From Candidatus Latescibacterota bacterium (GTDB lineage Bacteria; Latescibacterota; UBA2968; UBA8231): a stretch of 64,000 bases of DNA. A model generated the notes under the pieces. The model did not search any database. It was not told the DNA's origin and saw only the letters and a program-made list of their open reading frames with translations. Of this stretch, positions 1 through 10,252 are shown one piece after another (position 1 is the stretch's first letter; the number at the start of each line of letters is the position of its first letter). The DNA is taken from the NCBI GenBank assembly GCA_965217585.1, contig OZ244561.1, positions 7,008,001 through 7,072,000 on the forward strand, given 5' to 3'. The position numbers and the translations under genes are program-made.

Positions 1-391
1 GGATCAGGTCCACCCAGTCGTTCTCGGGCGTGGCGTAGTAGAACACACTGGCGATTTTGGGCACCATGTGCTCGACATAGCCCTCCGTCGGCACGGTGGC
101 CGCCATCATCGCCATGATGAAGACGCTTCCCAACTCGGCACGTCGCAACATCAGCCGTCGATGGACCAGACCGAGGAGGGGATTGACCAGCCCCGCGAAG
201 AGCGCAAAGACGAAGAAGGCGATGGGCACGCTGATATTGAGGGCCATCCACGAGGCGTTGATAAAGGTCGAGTGCAGCGCGCCAATCGCGGCGCATAGGG
301 AGAGGACACAGCCCCAAAAAAATGCCTTGTAACTCAGACCGGAGGATGCAGTTGGCGGTTCGGAATCCCGAAGCCCCGGCTGCTGGCTCAT
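1..391 (-). CDS. DUF6785-like (OPT-like) polytopic inner-membrane protein, 5' part (runs off window start)
   Basis: Not in the ORF track. Manual translation from ATG 391 gives MSQQPGLRD...AFFWGCVLSLCAAIG...RAELGSVFIMAMMAATVP...VFYYATPENDWVDLI, which aligns with 47837..49828 (RGELIVIYVMMLVATAIP...LYYATSANNWVEMV). GAGG RBS overlaps the upstream gene's stop codon. Confidence 0.8.
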   Translation of the reverse strand, partial: MSQQPGLRDSEPPTASSGLSYKAFFWGCVLSLCAAIGALHSTFINASWMALNISVPIAFFVFALFAGLVNPLLGLVHRRLMLRRAELGSVFIMAMMAATVPTEGYVEHMVPKIASVFYYATPENDWVDLI

Positions 392-401
392 CGCATGGAC
401 C

Positions 402-1169
402 TCAGTTTTTAATGGGCTCTCGCTCTCCGCGGGGGTAGTAATAGCCAATCTCGCGGTCAAAGGCGTACTCGATGGCGATCGTTTCGATCGGTTCATCGCG
501 AAAGTTAAAACGCAGGGCGATATCGCCGAGCCGCAGACGCACTGTGCGGACCTCTGGGTGGAGATCCGCAAAGGCGATGAAGCCTTCGACCTCCTGCCCG
601 CTGAAGACCACACCGCCGGGGTACAGCGTTCTTCTCAGCAGATCCTTCCGGCCCTGGAAAGTGGTGTAGAGTTGGCCGACATAACCGGTGATGTACTTGC
701 GGTAGTATTCTTCCATATCGGTCTGGCTCAAAGCTGGGTAGCGGCGGCCGTTCTCGCTGATGATGGCACTCTTTGCCGGATCGATCAGGAGTTTCGGGTA
801 CTGATAGTTCTTGACTTTGAGCTGGAAGACGGTAAAGCGCCGGGGCGTGGTGCCCGTGGAGGGATCGCGCCAATTGCCAAAGGTATAGGGGTTGGTCGAT
901 TCCGTGCCCTGGAGGGATTGAGCCGGAAACAGCCTGTTCAGTTCGCGGTCGGAAAACGGTCGCACAGCTATCTCCAGCCGATCGGCCACATAGGTGACCG
1001 TCCCATCGTCGCTGACGATCATACCGGCAGCTTGGCCCTCTTCATCGAGAGGTCGCAGCGGATCGGCGTAATATTGATAGCCGTACTTGCAGCTAGAGAG
1101 ACCGAGAGTTAGGACGAGAATACACGCCCATCGTCTGTAGCCAAAAGGAACTGAAGCGCGCATCGACAA
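402..1169 (-). CDS. Uncharacterised lipoprotein (paralog of the N-terminal domain of 41248..42486)
   Basis: Lipobox LSSC. STNPYTFGNWRDP..TPRRFTVFQLKVKNYQYPKLLIDP is shared with 41248..42486. Start is TTG 1169 or ATG 1163. Confidence 0.8.
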   Translation of the reverse strand: MSMRASVPFGYRRWACILVLTLGLSSCKYGYQYYADPLRPLDEEGQAAGMIVSDDGTVTYVADRLEIAVRPFSDRELNRLFPAQSLQGTESTNPYTFGNWRDPSTGTTPRRFTVFQLKVKNYQYPKLLIDPAKSAIISENGRRYPALSQTDMEEYYRKYITGYVGQLYTTFQGRKDLLRRTLYPGGVVFSGQEVEGFIAFADLHPEVRTVRLRLGDIALRFNFRDEPIETIAIEYAFDREIGYYYPRGEREPIKN

Positions 1170-1178
1170 TACCTTCTC

Positions 1179-3047
1179 CTAGTATGCTACTGCCACCGCA
1201 CCGACGCGGACCTGCGCGCCGACGGCAGCGTCCATTGAAACCCGGTAGATGTACACCCCCGGCGCTACTAGTTGTCCAGACCCATCCCTACCGTCCCAGA
1301 ATACGCGGCCGAAACCGCTGGACTGGAACATTGCCTCGCGCCAGACGAGGCGGCCGGAGAGGTCGTGGATTGCGATTTCAACGGGAACGGGTACCGTGGC
1401 CTGAAACAGGTTATAGGTGAACTCCGCCCAATCGTTCACGCCATCCCCGTTGGGCGTAAAGGGACTGGGGTGGATCTCTACCGCAGCCAGCAACTTGCCC
1501 TGCTCTTCCGGGGCAAACCCGACGAGCAGATCCTCTGAATTGAGGTCAATATGCACATCGCCGGGAACAATTGGCTGAGGCATCTCGTCGCGCCTGCTGT
1601 TGAAAACTCGGCCTGCAAAGCGCGTGCCCGCAACAAAGACGCGGCAGTCGAAATCGACTTCGACTAGGATGGCATCCCGGTCGATCAAGCGCCCGGGAAA
1701 AGAGACGCGCAGACGGTTTTCCTCCACCTCGGCGACAAAATCGTCCAAGCCTATGCCAGCGATCCTCACCTCTTGCACCACCGCAGCGGTAGGTGTGGCG
1801 ATCTCCACCCCGTCGAAACCGGGATCTCCAGGACCCACGCGCGGCCTCAGCGCATAGGTGAAGCGCACGAGTTCGCCCGGGGAGACGAGCGCGGGCCAAA
1901 TCTCGCCTTCGACCTGCTCGACCAAGGGCGGCGAAAACTCGACCGCGAGAGAATCGATGCGGGAGCGCGACAGCGGCAGAGCGCTGGCAAAGTCGATCTC
2001 AAACTGGAAATAGCGCGCAGGTTTGGGGGCCACCACGGGTTCCCTCCCAGTGGACGGATAGGGCGCGGACCACGGAGTCCAATTTTTCGTATCGGCCACA
2101 ATAGGCCCCCTCGCCTTGGGGTGCAGAGCCTCGTATGCGCTGCGCGATACGGCCTGTTGGCCGTTTTGTCCTATGCCCGTAAAGCTGAGGTAGATATTCG
2201 GATCGGGCGTCGAGCCGCTCCGCGTGCGAATCTGCAGGGTACTGCCGGGATCGTCCACCGCATCCCAGGTCATGGCCCCCAAAACGACCGGCTCGCCAAA
2301 GTCGATGATCTCGGATGTAAAGGTGGCTGAGGAGGCATACCCCTTGCCCCGGACCTCCACCTCGCCGAGTTGCCAGAGACGGGCGCTGGGCAAGCTGATC
2401 GTATCGGAGAGAGCCACATAGCGCACCAAGCGCGGCGGCATTTCGATATGCGCGGCGCTTCCCTCGGTCTGCTCCACCTCAGCAACCAGCTCCCAATCGC
2501 GCACAAACCAGTGCCAGTTCCTCTGCCTTTGGGGAAAGGCGACGGGCTCTTTGCCGTCTTGGATAAAAACCTGGAACCCTTCGATAAAGCGGAACTCAAG
2601 CCCCTCTACCGCTGAGAAAGCAATGCGGTCCACACCGAAGGGTGCCCCCAAATCGACGACTAGGACGACGGCGAAAAAGGGGTTGTTCTCGCGCGTATTG
2701 ACGATATCGAGTTCGATGGGAGGCCAGCCACTCAATCGGTCGCCGTCCACTACATTTTTCAGGCTCTCGAATTTTCGCCAAGTGTAGTTGGTCAGCACCC
2801 GCGCCGAGTCCAACTGTCGCAGGTTGAGGGCGAGGTTCTCGCCCGACACTTCGAGCGGCTCCAGCCAGCCGGAACTCTGCGCGTCGCTCAACAGCTCCAG
2901 AGTGCCGACAGTATTCCAAGGGCGGGCCTGTCCGCCGACTGTCCAGAGGTCCACGGGTACGCCCTGTGTCCAGCAGCCTACGACGAGGAGTAAAACCGTC
3001 CGGTGCAAAGCGCCAAGGGACAGAGCAACAGTACGTCTTCTGGCCAT
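1179..3047 (-). CDS. Secreted discoidin/F5-8-like and Ig-like protein with FlgD/T9SS-type-B-like C-terminal domain (paralog A)
   Basis: Signal peptide; VVDLG/RYV discoidin-like motifs; C-terminus PSPFTPNGDGVND..IHDLSGRLV..WDGRD..PGVYIYRV..VAVAY. TGATG coupling with the upstream gene. Confidence 0.8.
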   Translation of the reverse strand: MARRRTVALSLGALHRTVLLLVVGCWTQGVPVDLWTVGGQARPWNTVGTLELLSDAQSSGWLEPLEVSGENLALNLRQLDSARVLTNYTWRKFESLKNVVDGDRLSGWPPIELDIVNTRENNPFFAVVLVVDLGAPFGVDRIAFSAVEGLEFRFIEGFQVFIQDGKEPVAFPQRQRNWHWFVRDWELVAEVEQTEGSAAHIEMPPRLVRYVALSDTISLPSARLWQLGEVEVRGKGYASSATFTSEIIDFGEPVVLGAMTWDAVDDPGSTLQIRTRSGSTPDPNIYLSFTGIGQNGQQAVSRSAYEALHPKARGPIVADTKNWTPWSAPYPSTGREPVVAPKPARYFQFEIDFASALPLSRSRIDSLAVEFSPPLVEQVEGEIWPALVSPGELVRFTYALRPRVGPGDPGFDGVEIATPTAAVVQEVRIAGIGLDDFVAEVEENRLRVSFPGRLIDRDAILVEVDFDCRVFVAGTRFAGRVFNSRRDEMPQPIVPGDVHIDLNSEDLLVGFAPEEQGKLLAAVEIHPSPFTPNGDGVNDWAEFTYNLFQATVPVPVEIAIHDLSGRLVWREAMFQSSGFGRVFWDGRDGSGQLVAPGVYIYRVSMDAAVGAQVRVGAVAVAY

Positions 3048-5647
3048 CAATCTAGTCCGGCAAATATGACGAGGAACGATTCGACGCGGTTCTGTTCCCG
3101 GTCCTCAAAGCGCTGCTGCTGCACTTGCGTCCCCAGGTTTATCGTCACCTGATATCCGAGATACGCCTGAGTGACGGATAGCTGCAAAGCGCCGACCCAA
3201 CCCCAAAAATCGAGCCGCGCCCCAGGTTGGTCGGCCCAATCCCAGAATTTGGTCAATTCCGTACCACCTTCCAGCTCGAGATTGGGCATCAACTGCACTG
3301 CCAGCGTTAGAAAGAGGATCTCGGACAGGTTGTTTTTGCTGCCCACACTTTCCAGATAGGCGGTCTGGCGCCGGTACATGCTCTTCAATTTGGGGTGGAA
3401 TACCAGCGCTTCAGTGAGTTGGAAAGAGTAATCGAGTTTGTGGATTAGGCCGAGGAAATGGGAATCGTCGATGATCTCCGGTTCTTCCCCAGGCCGGGTG
3501 AGCCGGGCGACATTGTCGCCGCGCTGAACGAGGCTCTCGTATTTGACCTTGGCTGCCGTGTTGAAACGGCCCCAAGCCTGGTCGAAACCGATAAAAACCG
3601 AGTTGACGACCGCGTCTTGGGCCAGCATGGGATCTGCAAAGGGAAATTCGCTCACGCCGAACGTACCCGGCGGCTGCGTCCAAAACAATTGGTCGTCGAT
3701 GATGTTGTCCTCGACGAACTTGAGCTGGTAGAAAAAGCGGAATTGGCCCAACGCGACCCGGTCCTGCTGCATTTTGAAGAGCAGATAGGAGAAGCGACTG
3801 CGGCGGTCGGCCGACAGCAACCACTGGTTTGAATAGCCCCCTAGCAGCTGGACCCCGGGGAAAATATTGAGGCCCAAGTATCCGTTGTACCCGCGGTGGT
3901 CCCGTTGAAACGGGTAGTCGGCCTCGTCATCGTCCTCAAAGCGATCGATTAGGGTGTTGTTGTCCATGTCGATGCCAAAGAGGAATTCGGGCGGGTCCAC
4001 GGTATAGCGGAGGAAGGGTTCGTCGTAATCGGGCCGGGTGTTGTCGTTTTGGTTAAAATCCGAGATAAAATCGTTGTTCTCGTCTAGACCGGGAAATATC
4101 CCGCCTCTGGGTCCGCCGGAGATGGAGCGGCGCTGACTTTCGTTGGGTTGCTGGGCCCGGCGCCAGTCGGGGAAGCGATCTTGGTCGTCGTTGTCGTCGA
4201 CAAATTCGTACACGCCGCGCAGTTTGTTGGTGTAGTCGAGCTTGCCCTGCTGATCCTGGATGTACATGGACGTGGAGTAGTCCTGGTCCACAGTGAAAAT
4301 TTCGCCGTACGCGAACCACGGATAGTACCGACTCGTGGTGCGCGCGGTCAGGTAGCCGACCTGGGCAGTGTTCGCGGCCCGCACATGCCTTTCGAAATTC
4401 ACATTGGGCAGGCGGCGCCACTGATTGTTGTTATTCCACTCAGCCAAGATGTCGAGTCCGGCGACATCCTGGACTTCGAGCGTCATACCGTAGATTTCGT
4501 TGGCCGTCGGCAGGCCGTAGTCAAAGCGGACGAGACGCTGATTGGAGCCGTCTTGAACATTCCGCGCGGACTTGGCCACCGGCAGGTACACGGGTTGGTC
4601 CGAGAAATCGGTCTGTAGGTTGGAAGTCACCTCCACCAAGTAGTCATTGGCCAATACCAGTTCAAAGACTAACTTGCGGATCAATTCGGGCTGGGTGAAT
4701 GCGTAGGTCAGGACGATCTGCTCGGCTCCGTCGGCGACCAAGGCCCCGCGGCGCGGAGTGCCGCCCTCGACTAGGGGGGCAATAGCGAGGGGTTCGGTAT
4801 CCGCATTCGCAAAAACGCGCTCGGAAAAGAGGATGGCTCCACCCTCGCCGTCTCCCGGCGAATCGTCGCTGATGCGGATTTGCACTTGGCGGATGACGTC
4901 GCGATTCTGCTCGGTCGTCAAGTTTCCCGCGCGGATCCCGGCCAGACTCAAATCCGGCGAAGTCCGCCCTAGATGGGCATTGACATACGTGCCGCCCATC
5001 TGGACGAAATCCCCGATCTGCACCGTCGTCCTGAAGCCGAGCAAGTTGTTGAAGTCGGTGATCTTCGATTCGTTTACCTCCCCCCCTTCGAGCGCTATGG
5101 GCAGGTTGACCCGGGACATGAGCAAGGTCGCTGCGTATTTGTCCGACTGGAGATCGACCTGGACCCCATTGAAGGCCGGTTTGGAAAAAGTAAAAGGGGT
5201 CAGGGCCGTGCGGATCTCATCGCCGACCGTCACGGCAAAGTAGTACTGGCCCCTTTGGACCTGGGTCACGACCAGCCTGTTGAACCAAGAATTGAAGCGG
5301 CTGCTCTTGAGGATGTCGCTGCCGAAGGTCGTAGGCTGCTCCTGGGTCCAGCGGTAGATCCGCCACCCCTCGGTCACGTAGTTCCCATAGAGGTCGTACC
5401 AGCGGGTGCCCTCCAGTTCGGTATCCACGTAGCGCTGGTAGGGGACTCTGGCATAATTGGAATACTGCCACCAGTCCCACTTGTACTCGGCGTAGAGTTG
5501 CTGGGGGCGATACCACTTCTGGATGGTGGGATCAATGGCCGCAAAAAAGGTTTGGGCTCCCGTCGGGTTCAGGGCCTGCGCCCGGCTCGGTGGCGGCACG
5601 GCCGCGAGCAATGCCACTGTGATTGCGATGTATTTGCAGTAGGTCAC
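3047..5647 (-). CDS. Putative outer-membrane beta-barrel protein with Asp/Asn-rich Ca-binding-like insert (family member 1)
   Basis: Signal peptide; amphipathic beta-strand pattern; DDNDDQDRFPD..GIFPGLDENNDFISDFNQNDNTRPDYDEPFLRY motif shared with three paralogs at 26391-34853. Confidence 0.75.
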   Translation of the reverse strand: MTYCKYIAITVALLAAVPPPSRAQALNPTGAQTFFAAIDPTIQKWYRPQQLYAEYKWDWWQYSNYARVPYQRYVDTELEGTRWYDLYGNYVTEGWRIYRWTQEQPTTFGSDILKSSRFNSWFNRLVVTQVQRGQYYFAVTVGDEIRTALTPFTFSKPAFNGVQVDLQSDKYAATLLMSRVNLPIALEGGEVNESKITDFNNLLGFRTTVQIGDFVQMGGTYVNAHLGRTSPDLSLAGIRAGNLTTEQNRDVIRQVQIRISDDSPGDGEGGAILFSERVFANADTEPLAIAPLVEGGTPRRGALVADGAEQIVLTYAFTQPELIRKLVFELVLANDYLVEVTSNLQTDFSDQPVYLPVAKSARNVQDGSNQRLVRFDYGLPTANEIYGMTLEVQDVAGLDILAEWNNNNQWRRLPNVNFERHVRAANTAQVGYLTARTTSRYYPWFAYGEIFTVDQDYSTSMYIQDQQGKLDYTNKLRGVYEFVDDNDDQDRFPDWRRAQQPNESQRRSISGGPRGGIFPGLDENNDFISDFNQNDNTRPDYDEPFLRYTVDPPEFLFGIDMDNNTLIDRFEDDDEADYPFQRDHRGYNGYLGLNIFPGVQLLGGYSNQWLLSADRRSRFSYLLFKMQQDRVALGQFRFFYQLKFVEDNIIDDQLFWTQPPGTFGVSEFPFADPMLAQDAVVNSVFIGFDQAWGRFNTAAKVKYESLVQRGDNVARLTRPGEEPEIIDDSHFLGLIHKLDYSFQLTEALVFHPKLKSMYRRQTAYLESVGSKNNLSEILFLTLAVQLMPNLELEGGTELTKFWDWADQPGARLDFWGWVGALQLSVTQAYLGYQVTINLGTQVQQQRFEDREQNRVESFLVIFAGLD

Positions 5648-5658
5648 GGAAAACCGCC

Positions 5659-8040
5659 TCAGTAGGCTACCCCGACGAGTCGCGTAAACGCCCTCGTCGG
5701 CTTATCGCTGTCGATGCTCAGGCGGAACAGGTACACCCCAGGGGGCACCATATTTCCCGCCCCATCGCGGCCGTCCCACACAAGGGCGTACTCCCCGCTA
5801 GACCCGGACTGGTCGCGCAGCCGGACGACCAGTCGACCACCCAGATCGTACACGGCGGCCCGGAGTTGGCGGGACGCCTCCAGGCCAACCAGCGCAAAGC
5901 GCACCGTCAACTGTTCATTGCGCCCATCTCCGTTCGGGGTGATCACCGATGGATTGATTGTCGGGGTTTGGAGACCGCTGCTGCCGGCGGGTAGAAAAAC
6001 TCTCAGGTCGTCGCCTAGATCGTCCGGGCTCGCATCGCCCGGATCGATCTGTTGCCAAGAGTTCGGCTCGGCCGAGCGCCGTACAAAGCCCTCAAAGAGG
6101 GTGGCATTGAGGAAGACTTGGGTGGCGAAATTCACCTCGATCAGTTGCGTGGCCTGCACCACAGTCGGCAGGGTGAGCACCAGTGAGTCCGCCGCGGCCC
6201 GCACGGCAACGGGATCTGTCTCCTCGTGGTTTAGTTTCAGACCCCGAAAGACAGGATCGGTCGGAACGCGAATCAAAATCTGGTCGAAACCGCGAGTCCC
6301 GGACCCGAAACTAGGACGGATGAAGTAGGAGAATTCTTCCGTCTGTCCCGGTGTCACTACCCAGGGGACGATTTCGGCGACGATCTGTTCGGCCGCCGGA
6401 TCCGTGAATTCGAGCGCCACACTGGACAGGGCTGGAGCCCGCTGCGGATCATCGCTGCTCAACTCCACTTGTATCTGGGCATAGCTGCGGGGGCTGGGCG
6501 ATTGAAAGCGTGCACCCGAATACTCGTAGGGCAGACTCCACGGACTCCATCCCGCGCCCGGGATGAGTTCGACTGTGGGCTCTTTCTCGCGTTTGAAGGG
6601 CGGCAGCTTCTTCCAAGCCTTTTCAGTGTATTCATTGCCCTCCTTGTCGAAGTAGTGCAGTTTCTCGCCTAGCTCATTACCCGTGCGCGTGCGCACCGCC
6701 AGTCTAGTGGCCGGCGGCGTCTCTCCGCTCCAGTGGATGGCCGTCAGGTTTTTGGCACCGCCCAGATCGATCAAGCCGGAGGTCAAGGTGACGCCCGGAA
6801 TGAAACCCTCCCCAAAAGCCTGGATCTCCCGCACGGTCGAGACGCCCGTGCGCCGCTGGTTGCGATTCGACCAGAACAGGTAGCGCACCTTGCGCGGGGT
6901 CAGGTGCTCTTCAAAGATGAAGCGCTCGGGAGCGGGATTGGCTTCGAGTTCGGCAATCTCCTCCCAGACTAGGTCGTCGAAATCGACAAACTCGCCCGCG
7001 CCGGTGCCGCTGCTGCGCGTCCCGTCCGAGGCAAAGAGTTTGTACCCGAAGACCGGCACATTGCGCTTACCGGTGAACTCGAAAGACGTGATGATGCGCA
7101 CATGGTCTACCCAGAATAGGGTTCCCAAGTCTATATTGACCCACCCCCACCGCTTGGGGTCGCCGAAGAAATAGCCCAGGGAATTCCAGCCCGTATTGTA
7201 ATTCCCGTCTATGATATCCGAAGCAAAGGTCGGTGGCTCGCTTTCGTCGCCTCCGGCCGGTGCGATGAGCGCACCGCCACCCCGTTGCTCGCTACCCAAG
7301 ACGATATTGTCGCCCAAGGCGCTGACCTCGATTTCGGCCAAGCGCGGATTCTCGCCTGTGCGCAAGGCCCGGAACAAAACAAAGCGCACGAACTGCCTAA
7401 AGGTCAGCTCGCCTCGACCACTCAATTTCACGTCCTGCGGCAAGAGCGGATAGGTGAGTTCGTACTGGGTATTGGGACGGGTCGTCTCGGCTAACAAGCT
7501 GTATTTCTTAAGTCCAGAGCCGAAATAGACTGCTTCCTCGCCCGTAGAGACAAATACCTGGAACATGCTGAAAGGATTGCCCGAGCGAGCGAATTTTACT
7601 GCGATCTCCGTGGCAGAGACGGCCCGACCCAGATCCACTTCCACCCACCAGTCGTCGAGGGCAGCGCCGACGGCAGGGGTCCAAAACGTCTCCTCGTCGC
7701 CGTCGAGTATGCGACCGGCCAGTGCGGGATTCGTGCCAGCCCCACTTATGCCGCCCAAGCGCTCTTCTTCGTCCCCGAAGTCGCCCAGTACGGCGAACTG
7801 GTCGGCATTGCGCGCGGCGTTGATCGTTTTGCGGATGAAGACCGGGCTGACTCGGCCGGCCGGCGAAATCGCGATGGTTCCCTCGGGTGCGCTCCACTCG
7901 CGCCACTGCGACGAGCGGCTGAAGCGGATTTCACCAGCCGGCGCACTCCAGGGCCTGAGGAGGAAGAGGCCGGCGCAAACGACGAGCATCTTCGCTGTGC
8001 GGTACAAAATTCTGCTGGCGCGCCCCGTGCCCATGTCCAC
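5659..8040 (-). CDS. Secreted protein with two discoidin-like domains and FlgD/type-B-like C-terminal domain (paralog B)
   Basis: ILDGDEETFW..WWVEVDLG and IIDGNYNTGW..WVNIDLG discoidin motifs; PSVITPNGDGRNE..WDGRDGAG..PPGVYLFRL..VGVAY. Confidence 0.8.
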   Translation of the reverse strand: MDMGTGRASRILYRTAKMLVVCAGLFLLRPWSAPAGEIRFSRSSQWREWSAPEGTIAISPAGRVSPVFIRKTINAARNADQFAVLGDFGDEEERLGGISGAGTNPALAGRILDGDEETFWTPAVGAALDDWWVEVDLGRAVSATEIAVKFARSGNPFSMFQVFVSTGEEAVYFGSGLKKYSLLAETTRPNTQYELTYPLLPQDVKLSGRGELTFRQFVRFVLFRALRTGENPRLAEIEVSALGDNIVLGSEQRGGGALIAPAGGDESEPPTFASDIIDGNYNTGWNSLGYFFGDPKRWGWVNIDLGTLFWVDHVRIITSFEFTGKRNVPVFGYKLFASDGTRSSGTGAGEFVDFDDLVWEEIAELEANPAPERFIFEEHLTPRKVRYLFWSNRNQRRTGVSTVREIQAFGEGFIPGVTLTSGLIDLGGAKNLTAIHWSGETPPATRLAVRTRTGNELGEKLHYFDKEGNEYTEKAWKKLPPFKREKEPTVELIPGAGWSPWSLPYEYSGARFQSPSPRSYAQIQVELSSDDPQRAPALSSVALEFTDPAAEQIVAEIVPWVVTPGQTEEFSYFIRPSFGSGTRGFDQILIRVPTDPVFRGLKLNHEETDPVAVRAAADSLVLTLPTVVQATQLIEVNFATQVFLNATLFEGFVRRSAEPNSWQQIDPGDASPDDLGDDLRVFLPAGSSGLQTPTINPSVITPNGDGRNEQLTVRFALVGLEASRQLRAAVYDLGGRLVVRLRDQSGSSGEYALVWDGRDGAGNMVPPGVYLFRLSIDSDKPTRAFTRLVGVAY

Positions 8041-8052
8041 CTTCCCGTCCTC

Positions 8053-9843
8053 TCAGTAGACCAGAGCCACAGGCACGGCCCTTTCGTTGGCTCCCGTGGC
8101 CGAATCTACGCTTATGCGACATATGTACAACCCTGGTGCGGCTAAGGACCCTTGGCCCTCTCTGCCGTCCCACTCCACCGCGTGAAAACCGCTGCTTTGC
8201 AAGCCATTGAAAAGCGCCCGAATTCGCCTCCCCGCAAGGTCGTATATAGCCGCCTCGACGGATACGGGTTGGACGAGTTTGAATATGCTGTACTGAATGC
8301 GTATCTGGTCATTGAGTGAGTCGCCGTTGGGTGTAAAGGGGTTGGGCGCAATGGCCAAGTCGCCTAGAATGGTATTGTCCAATTCCAACTCGACCGCAAA
8401 GTGATTGGTATTGAGCTCGATGCTGGCATCGCCGGGCAGGACATCTTGGGCTAGTTCAGTGGACTGGCTGGCGAACACTCGGGAAGAAAAAAGGGTGCCG
8501 AATTCGATCACCTTGGCATCGAATTTCAATTCTACCAGTACCCCGTCTTTTACGACGGGATGATTCGGAAAGCGCACCGTCAGTAGAGAATCCGTCGCTT
8601 CCCAGGTAAAGTCTTCTATTGGTGTACCGCCTATAGTCAGCTCTCTCAGGCGAGCTAGGGTCGGAGTGGACAGTTCCACGGCATCAAAGCCCGCATCGTC
8701 ATCGAGGATGCGCGGTCGCACATGGTAGGTAAAGGGCGTTGTCTCCCCGGCGACGACGAATTTCGGTTCGATTTCGGCCACTACTTCGTGGGCTGGTGGC
8801 GGAGAGGAAATTTCAAAGGCGAGCGAATCCACCTGAGCCGCCGCTGCAAAGCGATCGCTGACCAATTCGACGGCAAACTGGAAATAGCGCCGGGGTGCCG
8901 GCGAGCGGATGCGCGAGCCACTCGTTGTGTGCGGTGGCGACCAGGGGCTCCAGTTTGCCAGATCGGGCCGTTTTACCCGCTGTTTTTCCTTTAGGTTATC
9001 GTACTGGTCTTTGCTCACTTCTTCGAGCGTAGCCCCCCGGCGCCGGTAGTAGAGGTAGGGATCGACTGTTGAGCCACTGCGGGTGATCACCTCGACTGTG
9101 CCGCCCGCATCGGTCTGGGCTGCCCAAGTCAGCGTTCCGAGGGTGGCTAGGCCGCCTAAATCGATGACGTTGGACGTGTACACCGCCCGCGGTGCAAAGC
9201 CCTGGCCATAGACTTCCAACTCGGCGATTTCCCAAGGCAGAGGACTTGTGAATATCAGCATAGCCCACCGGACATAGCGGGGCGCGATGTCGACTGTGAC
9301 CACTTCGCGTTCGTTGCGGGTCGTTCGGGCCACCAAATCCCAGACTGGATCGCCCCGCAACGGGTCGCTTTCGTCGCTGACGTACAGTTCGTATCCCCGC
9401 AGAAATCGGTCTCCCTGCTCAATGCGGGGATAGAACGAAATCTGATAGACACCACTGAAAACCCGGCCCAGATCCAGAATGATGCGCCCCCCGATCTGTC
9501 TAGAGTGCTCGATGGGAAAAATCGTGGCGATTTCTCCGTCAATCAGCGCCCCCAGGCCGGTCTGGGGATCGGCCAGCCCCTGGACCGAAGGCTGCGGGCT
9601 GTCGATATTGCCGCCCTCGGCCAGGGCCCTCAAGCTGAGATTTTCGTCGGGCGATATGCGCTCGGGCTGTAGCCAACCTGGACGACTCGTCAAGTCGATG
9701 GCGCGCAGAGTACCCCACGCTTGCCACGGACGCTCACTGCCGCCAAAAACCAGTACTTCCCGGGCGCCCGCGGATGCTCCGACCAAGAGGGCAATCAGCA
9801 AGAGGGATTTAGACGGCATGGCCATGTACCGGGCGCGACTCAC
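8053..9843 (-). CDS. Secreted discoidin-like protein with FlgD/type-B-like C-terminal domain (paralog C)
   Basis: Signal peptide (ASAGA); LIDGE..IILDLG; NWSPWS; PNPFTPNGDSLND..WDGRE..PGLYICRI..VALVY. Confidence 0.8.
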   Translation of the reverse strand: MSRARYMAMPSKSLLLIALLVGASAGAREVLVFGGSERPWQAWGTLRAIDLTSRPGWLQPERISPDENLSLRALAEGGNIDSPQPSVQGLADPQTGLGALIDGEIATIFPIEHSRQIGGRIILDLGRVFSGVYQISFYPRIEQGDRFLRGYELYVSDESDPLRGDPVWDLVARTTRNEREVVTVDIAPRYVRWAMLIFTSPLPWEIAELEVYGQGFAPRAVYTSNVIDLGGLATLGTLTWAAQTDAGGTVEVITRSGSTVDPYLYYRRRGATLEEVSKDQYDNLKEKQRVKRPDLANWSPWSPPHTTSGSRIRSPAPRRYFQFAVELVSDRFAAAAQVDSLAFEISSPPPAHEVVAEIEPKFVVAGETTPFTYHVRPRILDDDAGFDAVELSTPTLARLRELTIGGTPIEDFTWEATDSLLTVRFPNHPVVKDGVLVELKFDAKVIEFGTLFSSRVFASQSTELAQDVLPGDASIELNTNHFAVELELDNTILGDLAIAPNPFTPNGDSLNDQIRIQYSIFKLVQPVSVEAAIYDLAGRRIRALFNGLQSSGFHAVEWDGREGQGSLAAPGLYICRISVDSATGANERAVPVALVY

Positions 9844-10241
9844 TGTGCGGCAACCTTGATTGTGAATCCACCCTCGACCCCTTCAGGTGCGATGCCAATG
9901 CGGATGATCTGGCCGGGGACCACAAGGGCTGTCTGCGGGGGGAAGGATGACTCACCTTGCGCGTTCAGGGGGGTACCGGGCCAAGCTATCTCCACTTCAA
10001 ATGGCGTCGAGGTATCTCGGAGCAGGCATTCGATCACCGCCGTGCTCTTGGCCTCGATCCGGGCGCTCTGCTGGCAGGCGGCGATAGCGATCTCCATTTC
10101 GTCGATAAACGAATTGACGACCCGGAGTTCGACCGCTCCTTCTCCGGCGCGGGTCGTCTCGGTAGAGAGCGGAATCTCCTCTTCACAGCCGCCCAGCATG
10201 GCCGCTGGTGCTAGGATGAGAAATACGCGCAGTATTCCCAT
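9840..10241 (-). CDS. Small lipoprotein, tandem paralog of 10253..10669
   Basis: Lipobox LGGC; shared VNSF..IAAC..IECL..GQ..GF motifs. Confidence 0.75.
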   Translation of the reverse strand: MGILRVFLILAPAAMLGGCEEEIPLSTETTRAGEGAVELRVVNSFIDEMEIAIAACQQSARIEAKSTAVIECLLRDTSTPFEVEIAWPGTPLNAQGESSFPPQTALVVPGQIIRIGIAPEGVEGGFTIKVAAQ

Positions 10242-10252
10242 GCCGGCTCTGT

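Noticed and set aside
68-332. Plus-strand ORFs 68..298 and 96..332
   Set aside because: They are antisense to the DUF6785-like gene that starts at 391 on the minus strand.
3905-4205. Asp-rich repeats as horizontally acquired eukaryotic thrombospondin
   Set aside because: They lack the Cys spacing of eukaryotic TSP3 repeats and are an integral, conserved part of four bacterial-type paralogs.
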